Part shown: one piece after another, positions 9,657 through 20,252 of the stretch
Layout of the letters: every line of letters begins with the position of its first letter
Position numbering within the stretch: position 1 is the stretch's first letter
DNA from: an uncultured Thermogutta sp.
GTDB taxonomy: Bacteria; Planctomycetota; Planctomycetia; Pirellulales; Thermoguttaceae
Direction of reading: 5' to 3'
NCBI GenBank assembly: GCA_937128505.1
Contig: CAKZMM010000021.1
Coordinates: 2,648 to 66,647, forward strand
DNA length: 64,000 nucleotides
Translations under genes and position numbers: made by a program
The notes under the pieces: model-generated
Told to the model about the DNA's origin: nothing
What the model saw: only the letters and a program-made list of their open reading frames with translations
Database searches by the model: none

Positions 9657-10390
9657 TTTTTGTTGCTCCTTGAGGGTGGGGTTTAAGAATGCATGGGCCG
9701 CCGAGGGCTCATTGAGCGATGGAGATTGGTGCCCGGCAGCCCAATGCAACGAAATCATCCCACGAGCTTCGGGAGGAACTAAATCGTTACCCACAGTATC
9801 AGTGTCGGCGGTGGAAACCGGGCCCCCAAGCGTGTACCCATCAGCCGTTTTAAGGCACAAAGGTAACAATTTCGAAAATTTTGAGCGAGGGCAACTTTCT
9901 GTGGGTCCGCAGTAATAATCACTCCCTGGCGTGCGGAATTTTGCTGAAGGTTTTTCACCGGCAAAAGTTTCCGCTTTGAGAGGGGCGAGCCTTTTTGCCT
10001 CCGCGCAATGGACCCATGTCAAACGAAAAACTGGGTGATAGTACGGAAGGGCGATGTACAAGAAGCAAAAGAGGGATGCCCCCATTGGGCTTTGGACGTA
10101 TCTCCGGAAGTAAACGGGGGCAAATTGTTCGTTTTTCCCGAATCGTCTATGGGGAAACCGTGCACGCTAAAATGGCGCGGGTCCAGATGGAGAACCTTCA
10201 CCCAGAATTAGAACATCTGTTTGAGAAACGAGTACCGGAACGATTTAAGAAGTGAGTACCGGAAAATATCCGCTGCACCCTCGTACGGGAGCATTCTGGC
10301 CAAAAAACGAGGGTTTGATGTAAGCTTTTACGGTGCCACCCCTTCCCTAATTCACGTAGAGCTCGCCTGATAAATTTCCTTCTGCTGTCA

Positions 10391-10605
10391 CTCTTTGTTT
10401 TTGCTCCTTAAAGCGAGTCCACCGAGCCGCACAGTGACCGCGGACCACTGGTGTGTTCTTGCTCTTTGTTCTACCTCCTTTTTCTTATCTCTGTTCCTCT
10501 CTTTGTTCTTCCTCCTTAAAGCGAGTGCGCCGCAGGCTGCGGAACGAGCCTGTTTCCGACGGGCAGTTACGCTTTTCTTCTTGCTTCCTTTGAGCGAGTG
10601 CACCG
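10391..10605. repeat. three copies of a ~35-nt element CTCTTTGTTyTTsCTCCTTwrAGCGAGTsCrCCG
   Basis: Copies at 10391-10424, 10497-10532 and 10571-10605, with unequal spacing of 106 and 74 nt. Each is a pyrimidine-rich run followed by a GC-rich segment. Confidence 0.7.
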
Positions 10606-12135
10606 GCTTCTTGTTCCGCGGTGTTTCGAATCGAGGGGGCAATGGTCTTTTCGACTCATTTTCTGCGATCTTTTCGACCCATGTTCTCCACATCTTTGTC
10701 TAGAGCCGGAGAATTCCCAGTTTTCTTGTAACCACTGTGACCTTCATTGCGTCTAGATAGCAGGGGGTAATTCGTGTAGTGACCGGAACTGCGGAAACAA
10801 ACACGGGCCGCAAGAGATTACTCGGTCGCCAAGAAAAAAGAATTTTTAAAAGAATTTTTAACGAATGCTGAGAGTTGCCCGACTACAAAGTTTCATGTAA
10901 AAATTCATGATTAAGATTGCGATTGAAGTAGTGAATGTCTGGGCAATCAATCGCAAAAGCAACTCTGGAATTAAGATTTCCCATTTGGCAGGGGCCTAAG
11001 GCAAAGGGGAGCCGAACAACGTTTGGGTAATTAGGGAATTTTGAATGGTTTCTGCGGGTCCGCGGATTTCCAAGAGCAGCGCTAAAAGGGTTCGAGATCA
11101 AGCGCAAGAGCGAATTGCGTGACGAATCAAGGGCTGATTACACGGAATTAGTATGGGGCGCGGGCATCTACAGTAAAAGAAAAGGCGATCGTTGCTAATT
11201 GCGAACGGTGGAAGCACCTCTCAAAAATTGGCAGGATTAATTGGCAGATTTAAGGAGATTCATTGGCAGATTTAGGGATCAGTCAAGTGCCGGATTTAGA
11301 AATCACAAAAGTTGTTAGTCTTCGAGGAAAACCCAGGAGTCTGGACGGAAGTCTCTATTGGATGATTTTGCAGCAGCTAAGAAGAAGGTTTTCTTCGTTT
11401 TATTCGGGGGGCACTTCGAAATAGCTGTGATCGAGACACGACAGTGCAAAACCGCGCAAGATCGACACGCTTTTTAGAATAAGGATATTTTCTAGTCTTG
11501 CCTGTCTTGTATAATGACGTCTAATCGATTATATTGTGCTGAAAGGAAGGCCTCTCAACTGACCCTCAACTAATTTGAGAGATAAATCGTTGTGATTTCA
11601 GCGGATTGCGTTAGCCAAAATCGCATCCTCACGCGTAATGACCGATGAATAGGGATCCAGACCAAGAAGTTAGATCGTGTCCCGGGTGAAGTAAGTCCAC
11701 AAGTTTTTCTTTAGTTTGCAAATATTGGCACGATTCATGCAGTGAGAGCCAGGGCTCTCCATCCAACAAATTTTGGCGTTTAAGGGGCCCTGGCGAAGGC
11801 TCGCCTTGGTCTTTGGGGACCGCGGAATTGCGGGGGGCAAAGAACGGATGAATCGGCATGAAAACGGTTTGGGAGTTGAAAAATCCACTTTTAGAAATTT
11901 TTGACACTACATATTGTCTAAACAGAAAAACGTAGTTAGACTGCGGATAAAGTTTCGGAAGCGGAATTTTAGTTGAGTCGTATATTGCTCCGCGTTGGCT
12001 TGAAAACAAACTTTCGCGCGTCTCAGTAGCGGAAATACCTGATGACTGCCGGGCCGGTTTTAGAAGCGTGTTTTAGAAACATGTAGTTTTGGCAAGCACG
12101 TATGGGCGGGGTGACCGTCACAAGGTACGCGACGA

Positions 12136-13809
12136 ATGCATCACGATTACCTCTGTCCCGCCTTGCGAGAATTTCGCGATCAACAGGTTCGGTTCGCTCC
12201 GCGCCAAAAGAAGCTCGAGCAGGCGGATCGCGCTGAGCGGCTAGTCCACGAGCTCCAGCCGGATCGAACTTACACCTACGAATATTTGTGCTTCCGGATC
12301 ACGCGTTTTCGCCCCTCGAGGTACCCGGGGCTTCGAATCTCCGGAGCGGATGCCCGGCATGATCTGGCCTTATTGGTAGAGGACCTAACCGAGGCTGCCC
12401 GGGTACCGGTCGAGGAATTCGGCGAGCGCGTGCTGACGATCGAGGAAATGAGTCGTTACTTCCAGGTGTGTCCAAAAACCATATGGAGGTGGCGACGTTT
12501 CGGATTGGTCGGACGACGTTTCATCGTCCAAGGCCGACGACGTGTTGGTTTCGCCGAAAGTGCGGTGCGGCGGTTCTCGGAACAAAACGAGGAGTTGGTT
12601 CGCCGTGGTGCCCGCTTCCGGCAAATAACCGTGGAGGAGCGACGAATGATTGTGGAGCGAGCACGGGAATTAGCGCTAATGGGAAAAAACCCTTCGGAGG
12701 TAGCACGACGATTGTCGCGCGAAACCGGCCGAAGCGTCGAAACCATACGCTATACCTTAAAGCAGTTTGACCGGGAGAATCCCGATTTGGCTATTTTTCC
12801 TGGGCAGACTGGTCCTCTGAGCGAAGAAACGAAGCGGCAAATTTATCAGCAGTTTTTGCGGGGCGAATCCGCGGAGTCTTTGGCCCGGCAGTATGGCCGA
12901 ACCAAAAGCACCATCTATCGGATCGTGGCTGAGGTTCGCGCGAAGCGGATCCTCGAATTGCCGTTGGATTACATCCCCAACGACGTCTTCGACAAGATCA
13001 AAACTGAAGCGCAAGAGCGGGAGATTCTCGGTCCGCCTCCGCCAGTACCGCAACCGACCAGACCGCCGCGAGTTCCCAGCGGTCTACCGCCGTATTTGGC
13101 GAGCTTGTACGAGGTGCCCCTCTTGACTCGGGAGCAAGAGGTCCACTTGTTCCGCAAGATGAACTATCTCAAATACAAGGCGAGTAAGCTGCGGAGTAAG
13201 CTCGATCCGTCGCGCCCCAAGGCTAAAGTGATGGATCAGATCGAGGCCCTGTACGAGCAAGCGGTGGCCACCAAGAACGAGATCGTCTCGGCGAATTTGC
13301 GGCTGGTGGTTTCGATCGCTAAGCGGCACGTGGGGCCGGGAGCCAACTTTTTCGAGTTGGTGAGCGATGGCAATATCTCGCTCATTCGCGCGGTGGAAAA
13401 GTTTGACTACTCGCGCGGCAACAAGTTCAGCACCTATGCGAGCTGGGCCATTATGAAGAACTTCGCTCGGACGATCCCGGACGAACACCGGCATCGGGAA
13501 CGCTTCCGCACCAGTCAGACCGAAATGTTCAACGTCACCGAGGATGTACGCTCTGACCAGTACGAGCAGGAATCTGCCCAGATGCTGCGGGAGTCGCAGA
13601 TCGAGCGGATCCTGCTCCGGTTGGCACCCCGAGAGCAACAGGTGATTATTAGCCGGTTTGGTCTGGCTCAAGGGCGCGAACCGTTGACGCTCAAGCAGGT
13701 AGGGGCTGAACTGGGCGTAACCAAAGAGCGCGTCCGGCAAATCGAAGCTCGGGCGTTGAGCAAATTGCGAAAAGCCGCCGAAGAAGAGCAGATCGAGTTT
13801 GCCGATTAG
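12136..13809 (+). CDS. RNA polymerase sigma-70 family factor with a long N-terminal extension (557 aa)
   Basis: The C-terminal ~260 aa carry sigma regions 2-4 (NLRLVVSIAKRH, ELVSDGNISLIRAVEKFDYSRGNKFSTYASWAIMKNFARTIP, LAPREQQVIISRFGL, LTLKQVGAELGVTKERVRQIEARALSKLR). The N-terminal ~300 aa contain three HTH-like modules. Confidence 0.9.
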   Translation: MHHDYLCPALREFRDQQVRFAPRQKKLEQADRAERLVHELQPDRTYTYEYLCFRITRFRPSRYPGLRISGADARHDLALLVEDLTEAARVPVEEFGERVLTIEEMSRYFQVCPKTIWRWRRFGLVGRRFIVQGRRRVGFAESAVRRFSEQNEELVRRGARFRQITVEERRMIVERARELALMGKNPSEVARRLSRETGRSVETIRYTLKQFDRENPDLAIFPGQTGPLSEETKRQIYQQFLRGESAESLARQYGRTKSTIYRIVAEVRAKRILELPLDYIPNDVFDKIKTEAQEREILGPPPPVPQPTRPPRVPSGLPPYLASLYEVPLLTREQEVHLFRKMNYLKYKASKLRSKLDPSRPKAKVMDQIEALYEQAVATKNEIVSANLRLVVSIAKRHVGPGANFFELVSDGNISLIRAVEKFDYSRGNKFSTYASWAIMKNFARTIPDEHRHRERFRTSQTEMFNVTEDVRSDQYEQESAQMLRESQIERILLRLAPREQQVIISRFGLAQGREPLTLKQVGAELGVTKERVRQIEARALSKLRKAAEEEQIEFAD

Positions 13810-13854
13810 CGCCTTTAAATCTTCGGCGTACCTTGAACTCAGTCTCCTTTCGCC

Positions 13855-13896
13855 AACCGCCGGGGATCCCCTAAAATCCTTCGGCGGTTTTTGTTT
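13855..13896 (+). terminator. rho-independent terminator after the sigma gene
   Basis: AACCGCCG (13855-13862) pairs with CGGCGGTT (13882-13889). The loop contains the palindrome GGGATCCC. TTTTTGTTT follows. Confidence 0.5.
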
Positions 13897-14633
13897 CCCC
13901 CGAAATCGGGCTTTTCGTGGCCCATGGCTCCAACTCGGCTTGGAGGTACCCGGATTCTCGAATTCTCGATCGAATTTGGATTCTTGATCTAGGCTAATTT
14001 ACGAGCATGCCCCAATGAGTAGGGGAAGGGGAGTATTCCTGGAGTATCCATTGAGGAGCGTTGAGCTTACGAAAGCTTAAAATCCACCGGGGATTCCGTC
14101 GTCATTGGATTGGTAAGCCTCCCAAACTTGGGGGGAGGACTTGCCGTAAATTCGATTGATCATTCACAGGGTTGTGATCTGCGATCATTCAGAGGGTTGT
14201 GAGCGGATGTTTTTAAGCCGCGGTCTTCACATGATGATCGTTCAGAATAGGCCGCAGAGGGGCATGGGGCAACCGAAATTATTGATGAAATGGATAAAAT
14301 TCGGTCGCTCCGACTTAAGTGGGTAAGACAAAATGAGGAAAATTGAGGCAAACTAGGAACAGGAGTAGAGAGAGTAAAGCCGTAAAAAAAGAGAGGATAG
14401 TGAATGGACTTAGGAACCGCGCGCGTTCGTCTAACAAAATAAAAAATTTCGTCAAAAAATTTGTCTATCAAATGAAAAATTGGGCAGTGATTTCACGGAA
14501 AAAGTTTTGCTGAAGTTGTCGGCTTCTCCGAAAAAGAAAGATCGGAATAACATAAACTATCTGTGTCCACATATGTCGATTTTTCGCGTGATATTTGCGG
14601 ACGATGCTCCGGGTGCGATTTCGGTGAGAGGGC

Positions 14634-14663
14634 TTGCATGATATGGCGTGCGGACTTTAGATT
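14634..14663 (+). promoter_or_regulatory. possible sigma-70-type promoter for the tRNA-tuf cluster
   Basis: TTGCAT (14634-14639), an 18-nt spacer, then TAGATT (14658-14663), about 30 nt upstream of tRNA-Thr. Motif match only. Confidence 0.3.
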
Positions 14664-14692
14664 ACGAATTTGCAGCAAGAGTAAGCTTTTAC

Positions 14693-14764
14693 GCTAGCGT
14701 AGCTCAATGGTAGAGCAGCTGATTTGTAATCAGCAGGTTGTGGGTTCGAGTCCCTCCGCTAGCT
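14693..14764 (+). tRNA. tRNA-Thr (anticodon TGT)
   Basis: Hand-folded cloverleaf: acceptor GCTAGCG/CGCTAGC, D arm GCTC..GAGC, anticodon stem GCTGA/TCAGC with loop TTTGTAA, T loop TTCGAGT. One U-U mismatch in the T stem. No encoded CCA. Confidence 0.9.
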
Positions 14765-14969
14765 TCCGCTTCGATTTAGCCGTAAGGTTTTCCCGAGAAG
14801 GGACTTGAGGAACAAAGTAGTTTTGATAATGGAGTTCTAACGGACAAACGATTGTGGGCTAAGATTAGCGGCTCGCCTCGAGTCGGACCTTTGAGCGCGG
14901 GGTAAATTGTAACTGAAGGTAAAAGCTTACAGCCGTCGATGGGAATTCCCGCTGGCGGCATCGGATTTT

Positions 14970-15051
14970 GGGGGGTTTCCCGAGTGGTCAAAGGGGTCAG
15001 ACTGTAAATCTGATGGCACTGCCTTCGCAGGTTCGAATCCTGCACCCCCCA
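14970..15051 (+). tRNA. tRNA-Tyr (anticodon GTA), long variable arm
   Basis: Acceptor GGGGGGT/ACCCCCC, anticodon loop CTGTAAA, long variable arm, T arm GCAGG-TTCGAAT-CCTGC. Confidence 0.9.
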
Positions 15052-15663
15052 TTTGCTTCGGGCTAAACCGGGATTTAATTCCCGCAATGAAGGTCGTGAC
15101 GCGGAGTTCGTCGAGACGACGATGGTAGCCCAGGGTGTTAGATTGGATTGAGTTTGATCGCATTTAACCACATTTTACGCATTTAATCGTATTTAAGCGT
15201 ATTAAGATTTTGAAAACGAGCAGCAGAGGGATTCTTGGACAGGGATAGGTTCGGTCTCCGTAACGGGTTTGTGTGTCGATCACTTAAGATTTGCTCCGCG
15301 ATCAGCTGGTACGCAGGCGGGTGCTTCGGCTGAAATCGGGCGAAAACGCCGGTGCCCCTTTTCCCGCCTGGTGGCGAACGAGCTTCAAGCAATTCAAGAG
15401 CGATATGACGGAGAAACAGAAGAAGCGGGAAGAAAACAAACGACAAAAGATAGGAAGGTTAGTTAGACGGAATCGAAGTTCGCAATAAAGAGATTCGGCG
15501 GAGGCGGTGTTAAGGGAGCTTTAAAGGATGACTTGGTCATGCGTATCCTTTTTCTTTTGCTTTTGAAGGCATAATGCTTTTGAAGGCATAATTAAGAGTT
15601 TGTTTTTCGTGTTGATAGAGTTTTGAAGATTCATGGTGCCAAGGCTCACAGCAGAGTTATTTC

Positions 15664-15729
15664 CTAGAAGATTAAAGATCTAGAAGATTTAAAAGATCTA
15701 GAAAATTAAAATTGAAGATCTAGAAGATT
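15664..15729. repeat. four copies of (AGAT)CTAGAAGATT with 16-22 bp spacing
   Basis: Copies start at 15664, 15680, 15698 (CTAGAAAATT) and 15720. They lie inside the 1149-nt tRNA-Tyr to tRNA-Gly spacer. Confidence 0.8.
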
Positions 15730-16200
15730 AGGATCAAAGAATTAGTTGCAGAATAGGTGCGCACCCGGAAGACGGTGCAGAATGCCGCTAAATAACTAAA
15801 TTGCTATCCTTTGTTTTATATTGAATTCGGGGTGACATACTCTAAACCCCGGCGAAATAGCGGCGGAAATCCTCCCGGATCCGGGAGTTGCCTCCTCGGA
15901 GCGTTTTGTGATAGTAAGCTTTTAAGGCTGATTTTTAGTTGAGGTGCCTGACCGAAAGCTCGGACCAACCTCCGGACCTCGGACGAAACTTTCGCAATAA
16001 TCCTCAATCCTCACCGCAACCGCGGCGTATTGCAATCGAAGCATGTTACGGTGTAAAGTAAATTTGGCTGGTTTGGATATTTTGTTGGTGTGAAAAGAGG
16101 TTAATCGGGCGCGGAGTACTCCGAGGCCCTAGACTTCGGCTTAGAATTTGTGTAGTACTCGGCGTTCTAGCAAAAACCGGCTCATTTTTTATTTATAAAT

Positions 16201-16271
16201 GCGGGTGTAGCTCAACGGTAGAGCCACAGCCTTCCAAGCTGGAGACGAGGGTTCGACTCCCTTCACCCGCT
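16201..16271 (+). tRNA. tRNA-Gly (anticodon TCC)
   Basis: Acceptor GCGGGTG/CACCCGC, anticodon loop CTTCCAA, T loop TTCGACT. Confidence 0.9.
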
Positions 16272-16456
16272 CTTAAACGCGGTTGCTCATGTTTCAATCT
16301 GAAGGCACTTTCACTACCGTAGCCTGTAGGAATTCGAAGAGCTTGCGGGAAGCCGCACGATTCGCAATAAAGGCGGGAGCCATTCAGGAGAAAGAATTCC
16401 GCACATATGTTCGGGATGGCGGCAATTCAGAATTGCGGCGGGCCACCCCATCATGT

Positions 16457-16529
<73 letters not shown>

Positions 16530-16656
16530 TTTGACTTCGGAAGCTGAGGCATTGGCGAACGCGAGGTAATGTGCATAATATGCCACTCCTCTAAGGAACT
16601 GGTTTTAGGCGTAAAGTTTCAAAATTGTCCTTTTTTGAGCGGAGAAAGAGCTAAAA

Positions 16657-17856
16657 ATGGCCAAGGAGGTTTTTGTAAGGACCAAACCGCACGTCAACGT
16701 GGGGACCATTGGGCACATTGACCACGGCAAAACGAAATTGACCGAGGCAATTCTTGCCGCTCAGTCGGCAAAGGGGCTGGCGCGATTTAAATCGTATGCT
16801 GAAATCGCTAAGGGCGGCACGGTCCGCGACGCCACAAAAACGGTTACGATCCACGTAGCCCATGTGGAGTATGAGACTGCAAATCGCCATTATGCCCATA
16901 TCGACTGTCCCGGTCATGCCGACTACATCAAGAATATGATCACGGGGGCGGCCCAGATGGACGGGGCGATCCTCGTGGTCTCCGCGGCGGATGGTCCCAT
17001 GCCACAGACCAGGGAACACGTACTTCTTGCCAGGCAGGTAAATGTGCCGGCGTTGGTAGTGTTCTTGAATAAGGTCGACTTGGTAGACGATGAAGAGATC
17101 CTTGAGCTGGTCGAAATCGAATTGCGAGAGCTTTTGAGCAAGTATGGATTCCCGGGCGACGAGGTGCCAATAGTCCGGGGCTCTGCCCTTCATGCCGCGG
17201 AGAATCCGAAGGATCCGCAGAATACCAAATGCATCGAAGAGCTTTTGGAAAAGCTGGATACGTACATCCCGGAGCCGGTCCGCGAACGCGATAAGCCGTT
17301 CTTGATGGCCATCGAGGACGTCTTCAGCATCGAAGGTCGTGGAACGGTGGCCACCGGCCGAATCGAACGCGGTACTGTCAAGGTTGGTGACGAGGTGGAA
17401 ATTATCGGTTTTAGCCGTGAGCCGCGAAAGACGGTAGTTACGGGCGTTGAAATGTTTAATAAGACGCTGGAAGAGGGAGTTGCCGGAGATAACGTCGGCT
17501 GCCTGCTGCGCGGTATCAAGCGGGATGAGATCGAACGAGGTCAAGTGCTCGCTAAGCCGGGAACCATCACGCCCCATACAAAATTCGAAGCCGAGGTTTA
17601 CGTCCTCTCGCAGGAGGAAGGTGGGCGAAAGACCCCGTTTTTCAGCGGCTATCGACCGCAGTTTTACTTCCGCACCACCGACGTAACGGGCGAGGTCACA
17701 CTGCTGGGCGGAGCGGAGATGTGTATGCCGGGCGATAACGTGCGGCTCGGCGTGGAGCTTATTGCCCCGGTAGCCATGGACGAAAATCTCCGTTTCGCAA
17801 TTCGGGAAGGGGGCAAGACGGTGGGGTCTGGCGTGGTGACCAAGATTGTCGAGTAA
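16657..17856 (+). CDS. tuf: elongation factor Tu
   Basis: 399 aa with canonical EF-Tu motifs ([27 protein letters not shown]). It sits after the Thr-Tyr-Gly-Thr tRNA set, as at E. coli tufB. Confidence 0.99.
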   Translation: MAKEVFVRTKPHVNVGTIGHIDHGKTKLTEAILAAQSAKGLARFKSYAEIAKGGTVRDATKTVTIHVAHVEYETANRHYAHIDCPGHADYIKNMITGAAQMDGAILVVSAADGPMPQTREHVLLARQVNVPALVVFLNKVDLVDDEEILELVEIELRELLSKYGFPGDEVPIVRGSALHAAENPKDPQNTKCIEELLEKLDTYIPEPVRERDKPFLMAIEDVFSIEGRGTVATGRIERGTVKVGDEVEIIGFSREPRKTVVTGVEMFNKTLEEGVAGDNVGCLLRGIKRDEIERGQVLAKPGTITPHTKFEAEVYVLSQEEGGRKTPFFSGYRPQFYFRTTDVTGEVTLLGGAEMCMPGDNVRLGVELIAPVAMDENLRFAIREGGKTVGSGVVTKIVE

Positions 17857-18231
17857 CGCTCGTGCAGTAGACCGTCCCCAGGTTGCCGGAGCCGCCGGTT
17901 GCCCTTGGAACTGCGCGACTAAAATTGATCATGGGGGCTTGAACCCTTGATTGATCAGAGAAAATAAGTTCCTGGTGATAAATAAATTCCCGGTGATAGA
18001 GGTCGCTTTCGCAGCCTGATAAGCCCGTACCTTTCGGAAGATAGGGCTGTGGTCCAAACCCCCTACTCGGGTGAACCGGTTGATGATGCTAAATGAAGAG
18101 GGCTGCGAAAGGTAACTGGGGAAAGGCAACTATTGAAGGTTGAAGCTTCGAAGACAAATCCGAAGACAAAAGAGTCCCACGATAAGAAAGATTTAAAGCG
18201 ATTCGTTTTGAGTTAGATCCTTCAGATCCGC

Positions 18232-18304
18232 AGGGGTGTAGCTCAATTGGTAGAGCGCTGGTCTCCAAAACCAGTGGTTGGGAGTTCGAGTCCCCCCGCC
18301 CCTG
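18232..18304 (+). tRNA. tRNA-Trp (anticodon CCA)
   Basis: Acceptor AGGGGTG/CGCCCCT, anticodon stem CTGGT/ACCAG with loop CTCCAAA, T loop TTCGAGT. It has the classical position before secE. Confidence 0.9.
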
Positions 18305-18530
18305 CTTTGTTTTTTTGCAGTTCGTTTTCCGCACGGTTGAGTTGAGAGTGCGAAGGTCGGTTTGTCGGCGGTTTATGTCTCATTAAAGCCAGGCGGTTTT
18401 CACCTAGTAAGCCAGGCGGCCGAACCTCACCGTAAACTGGGTCGCCCTTTTGGGGTGGGGATGGGGCCGCAGGAGTGTTAGGCTTCAATCGGAAGATTGA
18501 GGCCGGAATGGTCAACGAAAGATTGCGGCA

Positions 18531-19037
18531 GTGAGAGAGTTTCTGAGGGAACTATTCCGAGTCGAACTCTACAAACCAAACCAGGGGCGGATCCTCCGCC
18601 AGGCGACGGCCGCCGGCGTGGCGATTCTGCTTTTGGTCGGTGTTTACGGCCTCTTTCAGCAATTGCGAATTGGTTTGCGGACTTGGCCCGGCTCGTGGAT
18701 CGATTGGTTCAACGGCTGGTTGGCTTGGTTTGGGCTGTGGACCATCGGCCGGAACCCGAGTGTGGAGTTATGGATTCGGGAGCTGTTTCGTTACGGATTC
18801 CCGTTGAGCCTAGCCCTGCTGAGCATTTGGATCGCCTACCGCTTGGTCAATGTCCCGCGGTTTGCCGATTTTTTGGTAGCGGTTGAGGCCGAGATGTATA
18901 AGGTATCGTGGCCGTCGCGATTGGACGTCTACCGGAACTCAATAGTAGTGCTGATCGCGATTTTTGGACTGTCGGCCGTCCTGTACGTTTTCGACTTCTT
19001 TTGGAACGTGCTATTCCGCTGGCTCCATGTGCTTTAA
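18531..19037 (+). CDS. secE: preprotein translocase subunit SecE (168 aa, multi-TM form)
   Basis: C-terminal SecE signature (VEAEMYKVSWPSRLDVYRNSIVVLIAIFGLSAVLYVFD) plus two extra N-terminal hydrophobic segments. GTG start. Synteny tRNA-Trp, secE, nusG. Confidence 0.85.
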   Translation: MREFLRELFRVELYKPNQGRILRQATAAGVAILLLVGVYGLFQQLRIGLRTWPGSWIDWFNGWLAWFGLWTIGRNPSVELWIRELFRYGFPLSLALLSIWIAYRLVNVPRFADFLVAVEAEMYKVSWPSRLDVYRNSIVVLIAIFGLSAVLYVFDFFWNVLFRWLHVL

Positions 19038-19087
19038 AGATCATTCCATGTGCTTTAAAGATCATTTAGTCCATTCATTTAGTCCAT
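19024..19087. repeat. perfect 21-bp tandem duplication (TCCATGTGCTTTAAAGATCAT x2) spanning the secE stop codon, then CATTTAGTCCAT x2
   Basis: Copies at 19024-19044 and 19045-19065. The secE TAA is at 19035-19037, inside copy 1. The second repeat pair is at 19063-19074 and 19076-19087. Confidence 0.95.
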
Positions 19088-19554
19088 CACGGCACTTTAA
19101 ACGTCTTTGATCTTTTCGTAAGTGGTGCTTTAAAACTGTCTTCACATCTCTTGGACGTGAACGGGATCTAGCAATCCTCAGACCGGGTTCAGTGGCCCGG
19201 GTTCGCGTGGGTTTGATTCTCCCCGCACAATTGCCTTAGTTGGTTCTCCTCGTCGAAATGCGGGGCAAATGGGATAAGACAGCCCGTCGTCCGCTGGAAG
19301 CTAGTGCAACAGGGCAAACTTAGGGCGCATAGGAATTCGTAGAGCGGTCCCCAAGGGTTCCACTCCCTTGAGATTTACCTTTGTGCTCATGATATCCGGA
19401 ATAACTCCGCAAGTAACGCTGCTTCGGCTCATAAAGCCTCTTGGCTTGAGTCTTTTGTCGCTTGAATCCTTGCCTGGTTATCTAAACCTCCTAAATTGCT
19501 TAAGATTCTCAGATTCTCTGAAATTCCACCTTGGGGCTTGCACTGGCAGGGAAA

Positions 19555-19584
19555 GGCCGGACTTCGAAAAGTCGGGGCTTTTTA
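19555..19584 (+). terminator. possible intrinsic terminator inside the secE-nusG spacer
   Basis: GACTT-CGAA-AAGTC hairpin extended by CC/GG across one mismatch, followed by CTTTTTA. The stem is weak. Confidence 0.3.
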
Positions 19585-20252
19585 TCTGGTAAGATGGGGT
19601 TGTCTTGCCGCAAGCTTCTGCTACGCTAGAGAGTTCGGGGTCTAGATCGGCGTGCCCGGGGGGAAGAGTGTTCCGACCGAGATAAATTAACTACGTAATA
19701 TTGGCTCGGATTCGAATTCGTGTTCCCTAAACGTCATGTTCCGAAATTTCGGGTTGCTTGACGCGAATTCAGCTAAGTGCCGCCGTATTGCGAATTTACA
19801 ATGCGGATTTACAAAAGGTCGGGGAACGGATCGCCCCCAGTTTTTTAAAGTCGACAACTTAAAGAATCTTTAGGCGGATCTTCAAAACTCTTCCTCCGTT
19901 TGAAAAGAAACAGTCGCTTCATTGATGCAATTTATTGTGATTAAAGAATTAAAGCTGGATTAACAATTGACAACCTTCGCGTTGGATTCCGCACCTAAAT
20001 TTGGAAAAATGAATGAAGGGGTTGGGAAAATTGGCACAGATCCTCCCTGCGGTGAGTCGTTTGACCTTCGGTTAAAACCGCTTTCGAACGGCTGGCGTAG
20101 CTTAAGTTCTTTAGACTGAGATTTGTGAACGAATGGCACGGTGGGGAAAGCTTTGTCGGTGGGGAAGGCCGTAGGGCAGCCAAAAATGGGGAGTGGACGA
20201 GGTCAAGACCTTGGGTGGATAAGGCGACCTGACAAACGATCTGCAGCGCACA

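Noticed and set aside
10388-10703. Possible CRISPR array or small proteins (the 101- and 102-aa ORFs)
   Set aside because: There are only three loosely similar copies with unequal spacing. The ORFs are low-complexity translations of pyrimidine or purine runs.
13084-13740. 218-aa ORF on the minus strand
   Set aside because: It is antisense to the conserved part of the sigma-factor gene.
16651-17577. 308-aa ORF on the minus strand
   Set aside because: It is antisense to tuf, a typical shadow ORF of a strongly codon-biased gene.
18305-18530. Search for rpmG (L33) before secE
   Set aside because: No small Cys-pair or Lys-rich ORF resembling L33 is present.
19183-19230. tRNA-like or tmRNA-like T-arm (GCGTGGG-TTTGATTCT-CCCCGC)
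   Set aside because: Only one arm-like hairpin is present. No acceptor stem, anticodon arm or tag-ORF context could be built.
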